DNA of 63,993 nt, counting the filler, from Porpidia crustulata (lineage: Eukaryota), in assembly GCA_964255105.1 (NCBI GenBank). It is 13 parts of 13 records of this genome, joined end to end, with 100 filler letters (N's around TTAATTAATTAA, not from the genome) between each part and the next. Parts side by side here need not be neighbours in the genome. Positions count along the whole stretch, not along the records: positions 10,027 to 14,930 come from CAXUWE010001969.1; positions 15,031 to 19,920 come from CAXUWE010001970.1; positions 20,021 to 24,901 come from CAXUWE010001971.1; 10 more parts are not named here. One strand, given 5' to 3'. The position numbers and the translations under genes are program-made. Under the pieces are notes generated by a model, which was not told where the DNA came from, did not search any database, and saw only the letters and a list, made by a program, of their open reading frames with translations. Of the stretch, positions 11,690 through 25,001 are shown piece by piece. Within the stretch, counting starts at the first letter, position 1. Each line of letters opens with the position of its first letter.

Positions 11690-14600
11690 CTTAAGTTGGC
11701 GACGGATTTGGCCGCGTGGTTAGTACTAAAAGACAATACTTCGGACCTGGGTGATAACAGGATTGAGCTTTGGATAAACAACGTTGACCACCACCAGAAA
11801 AGCTTTCGGAAGACAGATCTTATACCGCATATATTACAAGGGCCGTCATGTCATAGAAAGCCTTGTGGTCCCCCCCCATGAGTCGAGGCAGCTCGAAGAG
11901 ATACGGCGCAGCTGCCAAAACGCAAGGTTCCTCGGAAAGATATCCATGCATCTTGCACTCAGAGCTGCTGGCTGAAGGTGTTAGGGTCCCCAGTGATTGT
12001 AAATGCATCGGAGCAAGCGGGAGGAGATGCACAAGACTGGGTATCTTGCAGTCGAGAGATCCACTTTGATGTGTGGACTGGGATATTTTGCTTGGAAAAG
12101 GAAAGCGTGACATCGAGTCATGTGACTAAGAAATCTTACAGTCGCACGATACGTTGTGAGACGCTGATAAAAGGTACAGATCTGAGATCTTGACACCTCC
12201 GGTCAAGTCTTCCACGGCTTGACATGTCGGCCAGGTTTATAGATAAGCGGGGAATTGGTAAAGTAGACAGCCGTTGTTTACTGGGCTTTTTCGGATGTGC
12301 CTGGGCTGAAGCCAGGAAGGGATATATGGCGAGCAATGGTGGATGCACAAGCGGAAGATTGCAGTGGAGGTCTTTCAGATGCTTCAGCCATGCAAGCTCG
12401 GAGGCAGGCAAAAACTCGTGCCTGACAGTAGTGTAAGGGAACTTTTGTCCAGTGACCCGGCTCTCAAGGACCGTCAACTAGTATTTAGAATGGGAAAACT
12501 TTCTTGTCAATAAAAAAGGTTTTTGAATTTGAGACTGAGAGCAAAAGACGTATTAAAAATTGTGAGCTGGACCGAATTTATTACTCAAAGTTGAGGTATC
12601 AGATGTAACCACCCATATGCAGCCTCCATTACCAAGCTGGGAGATCTCGAATTTTGTGATACGCTCATCGATCCGAAATGGACAGGGTCAGCCTATCGAA
12701 CCAATTGGCGGGCTATGAGTGCAGCGCACCTCTCTAGACGTAGCCGTGACATGAGTCGCAGCAAATCGAAGATTTCTCAGCCGGTCGTGCGAACTGGTGG
12801 AGGATGACTCTAGAAAACCAATCAGCGTGTGCTTATGTAACTTACATGCTGTCAATCACTCAATCAACAGTAGGGTAGTGGAATTTGGCGTTTATATAAT
12901 GTTACCAGGGGCACAATTAATCTACTCTTCTGAATCGAGATCCGCGAGCAAACGGATAACGGAGAAGCAATTTCCTTAAGTAAGCGGTGTACAAATCGCT
13001 AATTCTTTGATGATAAATTGATGACAGCAGATACCGGGAATTCTGGAATGTTGATTGAAACTTTGTAGATCTGGTTTTCATAAATAGTGATTCCTGCGGG
13101 ATAAAATAGAAACGTAGATACTACACTTGATGTTTGGTTCCTAACGGCGGCCTCTATGTGATACCTAGCGTTCTCACTCTTCCGAAAACAAGATTCGAGT
13201 AGGGGAACAGAAACTGTGTTGGAATAACGAAGGAATGTGTATATGGAATGGGAATGAAGACAGCAATCCTATGTAATTAGGACTACACGATCAAAAGCGT
13301 GAAATATCCTGACCACATCTACTTTAGCCTTCTCATTAAATAGAAGTTCAAACTTGACACTCTGGTGAGATCCTTGTGTGTTGTCTTTGCGAACGTATTA
13401 CCAGAACCACCTACAATAAATTGCCTTTCTCTCGAATGTAGAAATATAATAGAAGATTAATAACGCGTTTATCCATCAGATAGACACATCCATTCCTTTA
13501 CCTATCAAATTATCTTTACATAAGCAAGATTCGGTCAATAATTTATGCAAGGTAATGCAGCAGGCGTCTGCATGCAGGTTGCGATATCGATGGTAAAGCG
13601 AGGGAATCAGGCAATGTTAGCGAGAACAAGAGTTGTAGGCAGACTCTTTTAGACGTCCTCTATCCGCATTGTTTTGTTTTCTGGACTGTTAGTGAACAGT
13701 CAAGTAGAGTCATCCAATAGTCAAAGACAAGGTCGGAGTGAACTCCAGTACAGGGCCAGACATAGGCTGCGTATTCAGGCGAACAATTTTGATGGAGTAA
13801 CATCCTACCTACGCAACGAGGTTTATTGTAGTGGATGGACGAGGGCTGGCTCTTTATCGTGGGCGATTTATGTTCACCTTTTCTTGTCGCCACAGACGCC
13901 TGACTGTCAAATCTGGCAATGTTCAGTTCGTTTGGCGGCATGCATCGCCCATACGGGGTGACGGGTCTTGTGTCGTAGCTGAAGTTCTCTGACAGTAAGT
14001 ATTTGGTCATCGTCCTGCCGAGAATGGTTGAAGTCTCCACTACACCGTGTTGAAACCCGTTGATGAGCACTGGTTCAAGAAACGCGACGAAAAGGAATCT
14101 GATACATCAGTCAGGCTTTCGCTCCAATTAAGAGAAAAACTCTCATCACGAAGCTGGCTTAATCGTCTCCCGACGCCAGAAATGGTGATCAGCTTTTATG
14201 CTTCGAGAAAGTTTCAAGTTACTCAAACTGGAGTATTGCTTGCACCTATGCGTAACTTCTGACTGTCAGCAGTCGCGGGAGAATTAATCCAATAACATTG
14301 TGGAAGAGACGAAGTGAGTGGGCTGTAAAGAAGCGTGCTATCCAAACTGACATCATCGTCGCCAAGCGCAGAAGCTAGCCACGTCCCGTTCCTGGAGCGG
14401 AACCCGTCTCTTTGGTGCCATATCACCATTTCTATCGGCAATGCGATGGGCAGAACCTACAGTGCGACTTTGGTCTGGGCACGCACGCAGCTGAAAGGAT
14501 AAGAATTAAAATATTACTGTGATAAAGGCGACAACAGCCTCACCTTTTTCTTCAACGGCGTGTGAGGATGTCTGTATCTCGATACCATAGCCATCAATTA

Positions 14601-14860
14601 AGCTTTACGCAAAGCTCTCCTCCCCCACTCAACCACCTCATGCGCCTGGACGATTACCTCATGACATGCTAACCCTACACTGATTCCATCAACCAGCGTC
14701 ATTGAATCGTTCCCCACCCAGCTTCTTGCACCGCGATGATTTCATGACGAGCAAGTCTATCGGGGTTGATAAGTAGCAGTGTTCTCTTACACTGAAGTAG
14801 ACACTCAGACGCATCAATTATCCAAAGTCCACATCAATCTAACCAAATAAAATTCTCAAA

Positions 14861-14930
14861 ATGCAAAACACAGCCGAAGACATCTCCAACGCCGCCTCCG
14901 GCCACAAAGCCAACCTCTCCAATCCCAGTG
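14861..14930 (+). CDS. con-6: Conidiation protein 6 (Con-6) family, first exon only
   Basis: MQNTAEDISNAASGHKANLSNP, with the Con-6 GHKAxLxNP motif and a CAAAATG start context; cut by the linker. Not in the ORF track. Confidence 0.75.
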
Positions 14931-15030
14931 NNNNNNNNNNNNNNNNNNNNNNNNNNNNNNNNNNNNNNNNNNNNTTAATTAATTAANNNNNNNNNNNNNN
15001 NNNNNNNNNNNNNNNNNNNNNNNNNNNNNN

Positions 15031-15488
15031 GTGTTTGGGAGGTTGGAGGCTGGGGTGGAGCGATGGACGGGACGCGGTCGAGCGGGTGTGGGTACGTTGT
15101 CGTGGATGGCTATCTCGGGGGCTCCCCAGTTGTCACTTTCGTATTTTGCCAGGGCATTGGTGGCTATGGTTGGGAATGGGTCTGGAAATTCCCATTTCGT
15201 GTTCGGCGCAGTCCCGTTCACAATCTTGAGTAAGTCATTCAACCGCAAAATCTTCGCCGTTTGGGGCGTTAGGTTTGTGATGTTTGATAACGCTCTCACG
15301 ATTCCATCCAGCTCTGCGTATTCCTCGTCCTTCAGTGGTTTTGCCGTACGTTTCGGCGGATCCTCCGTCAGCTGCAATGCAAACTGGCAAATTCGACGGC
15401 GGAATCTGTCCCCGTATACCTTGAGGTGGATTGGATCACTTGGGAGGATGACCTCGTTGTGAGGTACGTCTGGAGCGTTATTCGACAT
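15031..15488 (-). CDS. Hypothetical protein N-terminus, possibly an SRA/YDG-domain protein (3' truncated)
   Basis: Open frame from MSNNAPD to the contig edge. The FPxP...ALAKYESDNWGA segment followed by a Pro-rich linker resembles, from memory, the region preceding the SRA-YDG domain in Pezizomycotina proteins. The domain itself is not visible. Confidence 0.4.
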
Positions 15489-16941
15489 GATTGAAGTTAT
15501 TATTGATGATTTAGATTTTATTGAGATCGTAGCCTTGTGATGTTGATCGAAACAAACTTGACTGTGATCCGACGACTTCAGATCGCACACAACAACACTA
15601 CACACGCGATAGGGTTCTGTCTCATTCACGCCGACTCAACAACAACTTTCGATAAACAATACGGTAGCACCCATCAAATTGTATCATGGACATCAAGCAT
15701 CGAGCCGAACTCCGTTGTATGCGATGCTTGAGGTTTGACAATTGAAATAGTGATGGTGCTACATGACAACAAGAGACTTCGATCTAAGGTGAAAGAATTT
15801 ATCGAGTGCATAACCCGCCTAATATGGAAATCATTTTCTCGACGGATTATATTATCATCATCGCTGTGCCATCGTCAAAATATCGTTGTTCAAGAAAAGA
15901 CGAGTATTAAACTAAGAAAATCTCTAGAAAATGATGATTTATATACAAACTCTGAAGTGGCGAATCAGGGTCATGGCAAGTTTGCGGATGATGATTGGAC
16001 AACTGTCTGCACGATGGTCTCATCACGCATAGATGAGCAGAACGGACCTCATTGAGTTACAACCGATCGCAAATGTTCGAGAAGTAACCTGTCGCCGAGT
16101 GTATCTTCTTCTGGGACCAAGTCGGAAAAATAGGAGAGACCAGGTTGGAGCTTGACCAACGACTAGTAAAAAATCCCGATTGGATGGAATGGGACCCTTG
16201 AACGGACACTCACCCAGAGCTCTATCTTCCCCTAGATGCTATGAAGGCTGATACTTGGTTGATTTGCAGTAAAAGGTGACATCTGACAGTGCATGTTGAT
16301 CTGCGAGTACACACCTGACGACGGATACATGCATGGTGGCCTTAGTTACCCTTTTTGAACAATGCCTCATGATTTGAATTGCAGTGGTTCCGTTCCCCTA
16401 CTTGTTCACAATTACTCTTGTATTTTCGAGCCCAAAGAGCACTAGAAGTTCTCCTTAGAAGCGCTTGTAGTAGTTCTGGGATTGTGCAAGGAGGATGAGG
16501 GTGTGAGGATAGTGAGGAAAAGCCTCATGGAATACTGCGGGGCGGCCTAAGGCTGCGCTAAGCCCGATCTGGGCATTATAATCCCTAGTGATTGGTGTCT
16601 CAACGGAGGGTGGTGACTTACAGACTTCTCATGCGTTCGTGAGCTGATGCTTCTAAGCACTCGAACTAGTAGTGCTACCCCAGTACGCCAGTTGTCTGCC
16701 GTTTGTTGGCTGCCTCCTCTTCATCGACAACCTCGGACTATTTCATGCTCCAGTCGCAGTGTGCTTTGAATCGCAAGGATTCATTGCCAGTCGATTGCTT
16801 TTCGGAATGTCGCCTCAACGGTCGAACACAATGATCCGAACATAGAGCTAGTAATTGTGGTGGTTGTCACACAGGCAGCTTGTTGGTTACAAGGACGCAT
16901 CGAACCTCACGAGAGAAGCCCTCCAAGTAAGGCATCTTAGC

Positions 16942-19259
16942 ATGGGGACCTCCACGAGGGTATCAGGCATGTCTAGTCGTATGCGCGGCCACGAATCTCG
17001 TCCGCATAAGGTACGCTCGCATAAGGCGCGCTCATCGACAAATGAGCGAAATTTGAGCTCGCTACAATCGACTCTGCCCGACGTCCGCGAAGAGCCTAAT
17101 GTCGAAGAGCTACGACAAGTTCGCGCCGACAATTACAGTGAAAGTTCTGAAGGAAGTCAAAGGGACACGCATAATAAAATGGCATCGGATTACAGTCGGA
17201 AAAGAGAGCCAGGCTTAAGGATGTCAGCTACGAGAGACTCGACTAAGGTTGTCCGTGAAGTTCGCGAAAGCCACAGTTCCGAGCATCGGCGACGGCGACG
17301 AAGGCCTCGGAATCCCGACGGAGGTGATAGCGAAAGTGTTGTCTACGTCTACAAGTCAACAGGGGGAGACACGATGAAAAGCGCCGTGCCAAGTGCGCCG
17401 CGGCTACGAAGGACAAGTAATACAGTAGCCCGCAGCAGGACACACATTGACCGAGAGCACCGTGATGACGATCCGAGAATCCCGTCTAAAAGCAAGAGAA
17501 CTTATTACCCAGAACGACAGAGAACGCCTCTCCGGAATGAGGATCGCCCTATGTCTCGAACCACCAGCAGGAGACCGCGGCCATATTACCCAGATCGGGG
17601 GAAACCACCCCTCCGAACCGAGGAGCGTCCTCCTTCTCGCGTGGCTTCAAGGAATCGTGCTAGAGCTGTGATCAATAGGTAAAGTCCACTGGGTCCGAGT
17701 GCTTCATATCACGCTGATTTCATGTCTAGAAGTACGTCTGTACGTGAAACAGCCTCGCCGCCGGTCGCCGGCCCCCCTTCGATTCGGAGCCAAACCGCAT
17801 CTCGTAAAGTTCGACTTCCCTCTTCCCATTTGCCAGCCCTTGCGTCCAGACGTGAAGAAGTGAAACGATCCCCCTCGACCATGAGAGCAAAAGACAGTAC
17901 CTCAAGCTTCTTCGGTTCCCTTCTCAGCGCGCCCAAGCCAGCACGCCCGGAGAAACAGTGAGTCGAATTTCTTTTACGCAGCGACATGAGAATACTGAAT
18001 GGGCTTATAGGGTCGAATGTCTGACTTGTCTTTCCGACGTTCCGATCTCCAAATCCGCTAAACTGTCTTGCGAGCATCGCATGTGCAACGCTTGTTTGCG
18101 CAGAATATTCACTTTATCGGTTACCGACCCTCAGCATATGCCTCCTAAATGCTGCACTCAAGACCACATACCACTTAAATACGTTGAGAAGCTTTTCGAC
18201 ACGAAGTTCAAAATGAAATGGAACCAGAAATATCAAGAATATACCACCAAGAATCGCATTTATTGTCCTGTAAGAGGCTGTGGCGAATGGATCAAACCCG
18301 CGAACATCTATCTTGACACGTCTGGTGGTGTCAACGGTGGCCGCAAATACGGAAAATGTGGTCGCTGCAGAACAAAGGTTTGCTGCATGTGCAATGGCAA
18401 ATGGCACAGAAGTCGCGAATGCCCAAAGGACGAAGCTACGCAACGTTTCGCCGAGATTGCAAAGCAAGAAGGCTGGCAGCGCTGTTTCAATTGCTCGGCC
18501 ACAGTTGAGCTCAAGGAGGGCTGTAACCACATGACATGCCGCTGCCGCGCAGAGTTCTGTATGGTCTGTGGCCTGAGGTGGAAGACATGTGATTGTCCTT
18601 GGTTTAGTTATGAAGCGGTTGAAAACGATCGCCTGAACCAGATGAATCCGCCTCAAATTCGGAGAGTGCCAGTGAATCAACAGCGTGGGTACCAAGAAGA
18701 AATGGAACGGCGACGGGAGCAGGAGCGCCGGGATGAAGCCCTGGCCAGACGAATGCAAGTTCTTGGTATTGATCTCCAAACCGGCAACATCCATAATCAA
18801 AGTCGTAATATTCATCACCAACAAGACGTTGTGGATCTTGGAAACGCTCCCCATCATGTTGTCAATCAACATTTCCTACGGCGCGCCGCAGACCTGTTAT
18901 CGAATAATTACAACAACGATCAAGCCGCCACGGCGATCCGTATAATGAACGAAATGAATCAACCTCCGCCCCCTATCCCCGGCCCGCAAGTACAGCGGCT
19001 GCCGGGCGTTCTCCGCAATCATTCTACAGCTTCGAGACAGTACAACAACGATCCGCGAACACGAGCAAGCGAGAGAGTGGTTCCACGACGTGCTCAAGCA
19101 GACTACCAGACTGAAGCACAACGACATCGACCCGCAGAGGCGAACGCTGGGAGGGAAGGAGACGGCGGTGGTAAGAGGCACAGCACGCTTGCGGGTTTAA
19201 CCAGAGGTACGGCGGAGGGAAGGGTCGATGAATGGAGGAGGCATATCGGAGATGATTGA
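16942..19259 (+). CDS. RBR (RING-IBR-RING) E3 ubiquitin ligase with long Arg/Ser-rich N-terminus, 3 exons
   Basis: RING1 CLTC...CEHRMCNAC, IBR CPVRGC...CGRC...CCMC...H...C, RING2 CFNC...GCNHMTCRC...FCMVC. Introns about 17679-17729 and 17958-18010. The start could instead be 16970. Confidence 0.85.
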
Positions 19260-19791
19260 GGCAGGAACGAGATGATGATCTGACGAACAATAACGGAACC
19301 TTATGATATTTAATGCCTTGTCTACGACATGTACTATCTTGAATAATTAGCAGTTAGCAAACAGCGAATATGGCCGAATATGATTATCATTCAAAGTGTC
19401 ATTCACTGAGACTTGCAGAGCAAAAGGACTACGTTGAGCCAAGCCAAATCCCCCGGTCAAAACCCCGCCAGTACGCCATTCCACCCTTGCCCCACCAGGC
19501 ACACATTTGGCACCCGCCGTACGTCTTCAACCATCACCATCCTTCTAAAAAACAACCAAATACTCTTCCACCTCCCAAATACCCCAGTTCTGGCTCATTG
19601 AGAGTGTGCTGGAGACCGCCAACGCCCCCCACCCCCCGAAAATATCGTGAGCCATAGTACGTTCCCTACCACCTTCTCACTTTGCTTCTTTCCCTGCTCT
19701 GTGTGTGACATCTTCTCCTGACAAGCTCCTCAGCTTCTGTAAACTCAAATCAATCTCTGCGAATCGCCCGGTCCTACTGAGCAAAGTTACC

Positions 19792-19920
19792 ATGTCCGGT
19801 CTGGAGAAGTCGTTGTTTAATCTCAAGTTCACCGCGAAGCAACTTAATCGGCAAGCGGCCAAGGCGGGGAAAGACGAGGTTGCGGAGAAGAATAAGCTTA
19901 AGAAGGTCCATTCCCCCCCC
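19792..19920 (+). CDS. DID2: ESCRT-III-associated Did2/Vps46 (CHMP1), first exon only
   Basis: [38 protein letters not shown], followed by a GT donor and the contig edge. Confidence 0.9.
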
Positions 19921-20020
19921 NNNNNNNNNNNNNNNNNNNNNNNNNNNNNNNNNNNNNNNNNNNNTTAATTAATTAANNNNNNNNNNNNNNNNNNNNNNNN
20001 NNNNNNNNNNNNNNNNNNNN

Positions 20021-20660
20021 ACTCTAGTCTATCTCTGTTTATATCTTGTGTTGTTATTAGAACAACCGTTACATTCTTCTCGATTATGAGATTAATATCA
20101 CTGTATAGATCGATCTTCTTTATCTCTTTTCTTCGATTCTTCTAAGCTTGTCTTGTCAATACCGCAGCAATAGTAGAAGATCGATGAGAGTCAATTAAGA
20201 ACACTGACGTGAGCATGACATTTTTTTTTCGAGAGTTTAAATAAAGCGATAATCAATTTAAAACTGTGAGGGGTCGTAGTGAACTATATCAATTGACTAG
20301 ACTAAGCCTACAATACAAGGAGAATAACTTAAGGAGGGAAAGGAATTTCTGTCGCGAAAACCTCCCTTTGGGATCAGCTTCTGAGCGGAAGGAATTCCGT
20401 ATCGAGAATGCAGGTACGTAGTACCTAATCCAATTAATGGGTCTAACCCATCACAAAAACATTTGACACGTGCAGATTGACGCTTGATTATTTTTAAAGA
20501 GATTCAAATCGAGTCTATTGATGCATTCGAGCGAATCAACAATTTAAAGCAAATTAGAAGCACTGTGAATGATGTGATGGCTTGAGAACTGATTTTGATG
20601 ATGATAATCTGGAGAAGAAAAGTTCGTTGTTCAAAAAATCAAATTCGAGCAAGCAACCTA
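20021..20660. mobile_element. Degenerate repeat/transposon relic (CC/GG-depleted) hosting a solo LTR
   Basis: AT-rich, almost no CC or GG outside the inserted LTR, frequent TCGA. A possible second LTR end (AACCGTTACA) terminates at 20073. Confidence 0.55.
20265..20455. mobile_element. Solo LTR (191 bp) with 5-bp target-site duplication AAAAC
   Basis: TGTGAGGGGT...ACCCATCACA (TG...CA ends, 9/10 terminal inverted repeat), flanked by AAAAC on both sides; 190/191 identical to 48481-48671. Confidence 0.92.
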
Positions 20661-20922
20661 AATAGTGGGGTAACCTAGGCGGCCGCTAGTGAAGGGCGAT
20701 TAACCCGGTCTCCGTGCTGTGCCCTCGACAGAATATCCGCGCCTACTCTGCTTGAACCAAAGATCTTTGTTCATAGTTCATTCCATGTCACTCCTTTACA
20801 CTTCTTGACTTCGTAAAAGCTAATGAGTTCTCTTTCCCTCTTATTAGCTCTGCGATGCTACATACAGCCAAAGGGTAGATATAGCTCATTCCGACTGCTT
20901 GCGCTGAACGTGAACGTGCAAC

Positions 20923-23900
20923 ATGTTCAACTTTACTCCCTTACTGGGCGCTCAATCCAGCTCACCGGCTTCACAGTCTTTGCTCGAATTTGAAGGTGGT
21001 GTGAAAATTCTGATAGACGTTGGTTGGGATTCTAGCTTCGATGTACAACAGTTGAGCAGCCTCGAGAGGTAGGTTACCAGCAGGATGTCGGGATGCAGCG
21101 AGCAGTACATGTGTGAGAAATGTGGACGTATCTTGTATTCTATATACATAGCGATAATCCAATCTTCTCAACCGTTGAACTTCTCCCGGCTTTGTTGTTG
21201 AGTTTGCTTAGCAGCTGGACTGATCGATGTGAAATTTAGGCATATCCCAAGTCTCTCCATTATACTTCTCACCCACGCGACACCAGCTCACTTGGCAGCC
21301 TTCGCTCATTGCTGCAAACATATACCGCTCTTCACACAGATCCCAGTCTATGCAACCATACCTGTCATTTCCCTAGGACGAACGTTGCTACAAGACATCT
21401 ACTCATCAACGCCCTTGGCCTCCACAATTATTCCACAAAACGCTCTCTTAGAATCTTCATACTCTTATCAAACATCCAGCATAGACAGCTCTTTGCAGAT
21501 CCTTCTTCAACCACCTACATCCGAGGAAATCGCGTCCTACTTCTCCTTGATACACCCTTTGAAATATTCACAACCCCATCAGCCTTTACCATCGCCATTC
21601 TCTCCACCCCTCAATGGCCTCACAATCACAGCCTACAATGCGGGACATACGCTTGGTGGTACTATATGGCATTTGCAACATGAAGTGGAGTCGGTGGTCT
21701 ATGCGGTGGACTGGAATCAAGTCCGGGAGAATGTGCTCAGTGGGGCCGTATGGTTGGGAGGCTCCGCCGGCGGTTCAGAAGTTATCGAGCAGCTCCGCAA
21801 GCCGACAGCCCTAGTTTGCAGTTCCAAGGGAGCAGAAAGAAATCCCCTGGCAGGTGGTCGGAAAAGACGTGACGATATGCTGTTGGAAATGATTCGGACC
21901 GCAGTCGCCAAAGGTGGAATCGTACTAATCCCTACGGATACAAGTGCGAGAGTTCTTGAGCTAGCTTACCTTCTTGAACACGCATGGCGAAGAGAGGCTT
22001 CAGATAGCTCCAGCGATAGTCCTCTCAAAAATACCAAACTCTACCTCGCCAGCCGGAACGTTGGAGCCACTATGAGATATGCGCGAAGTATGCTTGAGTG
22101 GATGGATGAGAATGTTGTTCGAGAATTTGAGACTGAGGCTAGTGGTCCCGGTAATCGAGAGCACAAACGTACAGATAGCCAGCAGGCACCGAGCCGGGGG
22201 AAGCAGGATCGTCCTAACCAGGCGCTGGGAGCAAACAGTGGCCCCTTTGACTTCAAGTTCCTGAGGCTGCTGGAACGCAGATCTCAAATAGAGAAGATTA
22301 CATCGCGCAAAGCTGCACGGGTCATCTTAGCAAGTGATTCCTCCTTGGACTGGGGATTTTCCCGGGAAATTCTCCAACGTATAGCTGCCGATTCATCCAA
22401 TCTGATCATACTGACAGAATACTGCGGGTCAGCCATCGAAAGAGGTTCAAAATCTGGGCTTAGGACTACACTCTGGGAATGGTATCTTGATCGTAAAGAC
22501 GGCGTGGCAATGGAAACTGGATCAGACGGCCAGAACCTGGAGCAGGTTCATACTGGTGGAAAAGAGCTGCGCTTTGAGAATGTGGAACGGGTATCATTAG
22601 AAGGCAAGGAACTAGCTATCTACCAGCAGTACCTGGCCACCCAACGTCAATTACAGGACACCTTGCAGACGGCCAGCAGCACAAATCTCGAGACTTCTGC
22701 CGACGCTCTCGACGAAGCCTCTTCTTCCAGCTCATCGTCTTCGGATGAATCAGATCCTGAACGGCAGGGGAAAGCACTCAATACTTCCGCTGCTGTTGCT
22801 CATTTCAATCGGAACAAAATGGGCCTGAACAAGGAGACGCTCGGTGTTAATGTTCTTCTTCGCCAACCGGGTGTGTACGACTACGATGTTCGTGGTAAGA
22901 AAGGCAGGGAGCAGATGTTCCCATTTGTCAGTAAACGGCGACGTGGTGATGACTTTGGAGAATCCATCAGACCAGAGGAATATTTGCGAGCAGAAGAAAG
23001 AGATGAGGTTGATGGTCAAGATATGCGCGACAATGGATCCGGGAAACAGTCAGGGCTCGGTCAGAAACGAAAATGGGAAGATCCTGGTTTACAGAATGGC
23101 CTTGGAGGGCGAGGCTTGAATGGTCCCAATAAGAGAAGACAGCAGGGACCGAGTTCTACCTTGGAGAATTCAACGACCATAGGCAATTCTAATGCGAATG
23201 TTAACGGCAACAGAGTCGGTAATGAGACCGAGGATTCAGAGAGCTCTGACACGGAGCCTGAAGATGTCGTGGCTGGTCCTTCGAAGATTATGTATACTAC
23301 GAACTCGATATCTGCAAACTTGAGAATTGCATACGTAGATTTTGCAGGTCTACATGATCAACGAAGCTTATCTATGTTGATTCCTTTGATACAACCAAGA
23401 AAACTTATCCTCATTGGAGGAACTACATCGGAGACAACCTACCTTGCGGAAGATTGCAGGCAGAAGCTCAGCCCGCAGTCTGGACAAGCCACTGGTGACT
23501 CTGCAAATATTCTCTTCACGCCTGCCATCGGAGAAATCGTAAATGCGAGTGTTGACACCAATGCTTGGACTTTAAGACTAAGCGAAGCCATAGTGCGACG
23601 TCTAAATTGGCAAACCGTTCGTGATCTCGGGGTCGTTACACTTATGGGTCTCCTAACAGCGGCAAATGTTAATGAAGATTCGCAAGCAGAGGCGGTGAGC
23701 AAGAAAAGGCAGAAATTATTGAATCAAGGCTCGGAGGAAAGCAAGGTCGTCGAGATATCTAGCAAGACATCAGAGCAATCACCGGAGCTTACACCCTTGC
23801 TTGACGTCCTCCCTTCGAGCATGGCGGCAGCTACGCGCTCAGCCGCTCAGCCATTGCATGTCGGTGATCTTAGGTTGGCCGATCTTCGAAAGCTTCTTCA

Positions 23901-24108
23901 AGCAGGAGGGCACACGGCCGAGTTCCGAGGTGAGGGGACTTTGCTTATTGACGGACTCGTTGCAGTGCGCAAGTCTAGCACCGGAAGGATTGAGGTCGAG
24001 AATGGGGGCGTCCAAATACCGGATTATCGAATTAGAAATCTGGAAGGACCTTTCTTTGCCGTCAGGCGCAAAGTGTACGAGGGTTTGGCTGTTATCGCCG
24101 GAGGCTAA
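20923..24108 (+). CDS. CFT2: Cleavage and polyadenylation factor subunit Cft2/CPSF100
   Basis: MFNFTPLLGAQS...ILIDVGWD, AYNAGHTLGGTIW, VYAVDWNQ, beta-CASP region, C-terminal LHVGDLRLADLRK...AEFRGEGTLLIDG. One intron, 21069-21239. Confidence 0.95.
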
Positions 24109-24728
24109 GATACTTTATATCGAGAATCGATATCCTTTATAAGAAAGCACGTTACCTCGACTTGTGATCCCATGATCTGATGGTCAGAGTCATGTTCACC
24201 TAGTGAATAATACATCCGATTTCGGGAGCCAACCATTACACCGGTCATCCCTCGCTACATGGTTGTGATATTGGAAATGCTCTCGAAGCCAAAATTCTTT
24301 CAGTCATTGCTAGGGATGAATACCACGACAGACGACGCAATGCTGAAACACAGACGAGTGATCAGTACGCTTCACGGTCAAGAGTCAGATATGTGAACAA
24401 GCGCAGTTCAGCACAGTAAAGTGCAGGTGCTTTGAGACCAGGGGTGCATGACACATCCCCAATTTCCCAGGAATATAAGACTACTACTCCCCGCTCCTTG
24501 CTCTTTCACCTCTCTCTTCCTACATATTTTCATATGAGTTTGTCAAACTATACCTTTTCAACAGGATTTCTATAAGAGTATAGCCTTTAATACCTTTCAA
24601 TTCTTTCTTCACAAGTCCCCATACACTCACAGCCTTTTGGCAAGTGTCTCTATACACTTTAAGGCCTTTGCCAAGTCCAAAAGCCCAATATCCGAGAGGA
24701 CCATCATTCGATATCTATAAACACGATC

Positions 24729-24901
24729 ATGGCCCCACGTATTCATTACCTTACCATGAGCGGAGAGCCCCCAAACCGTGGTGTTCCTCCCGGTGTCGTC
24801 CTTTTCCCACAAGAGCCCCTACTACAGCAGTTCTACGTGGCTTGTCGACCCGATGTACAACTCGTGCAGCAGTCCATCGGAGCCCCTCCCCCATACCAAG
24901 C
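24729..24901 (+). CDS. Possible N-terminus of an unknown protein (truncated)
   Basis: ATCATGG start context after a pyrimidine-rich leader; the frame is open to the contig edge. No recognisable domain. Confidence 0.3.
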
Positions 24902-25001
24902 NNNNNNNNNNNNNNNNNNNNNNNNNNNNNNNNNNNNNNNNNNNNTTAATTAATTAANNNNNNNNNNNNNNNNNNNNNNNNNNNNNNNNNNNNNNNNNNN
25001 N

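Noticed and set aside
13200..14460. Faint NACHT-like peptide echoes on the minus strand (RNGTWL, LTVRELQ)
   Set aside because: Too short and fragmented to support without a profile search.
9582..19920. Two ESCRT genes (VPS22, DID2) within 10 kb, suggesting a cluster
   Set aside because: They lie on different contigs separated by linkers.
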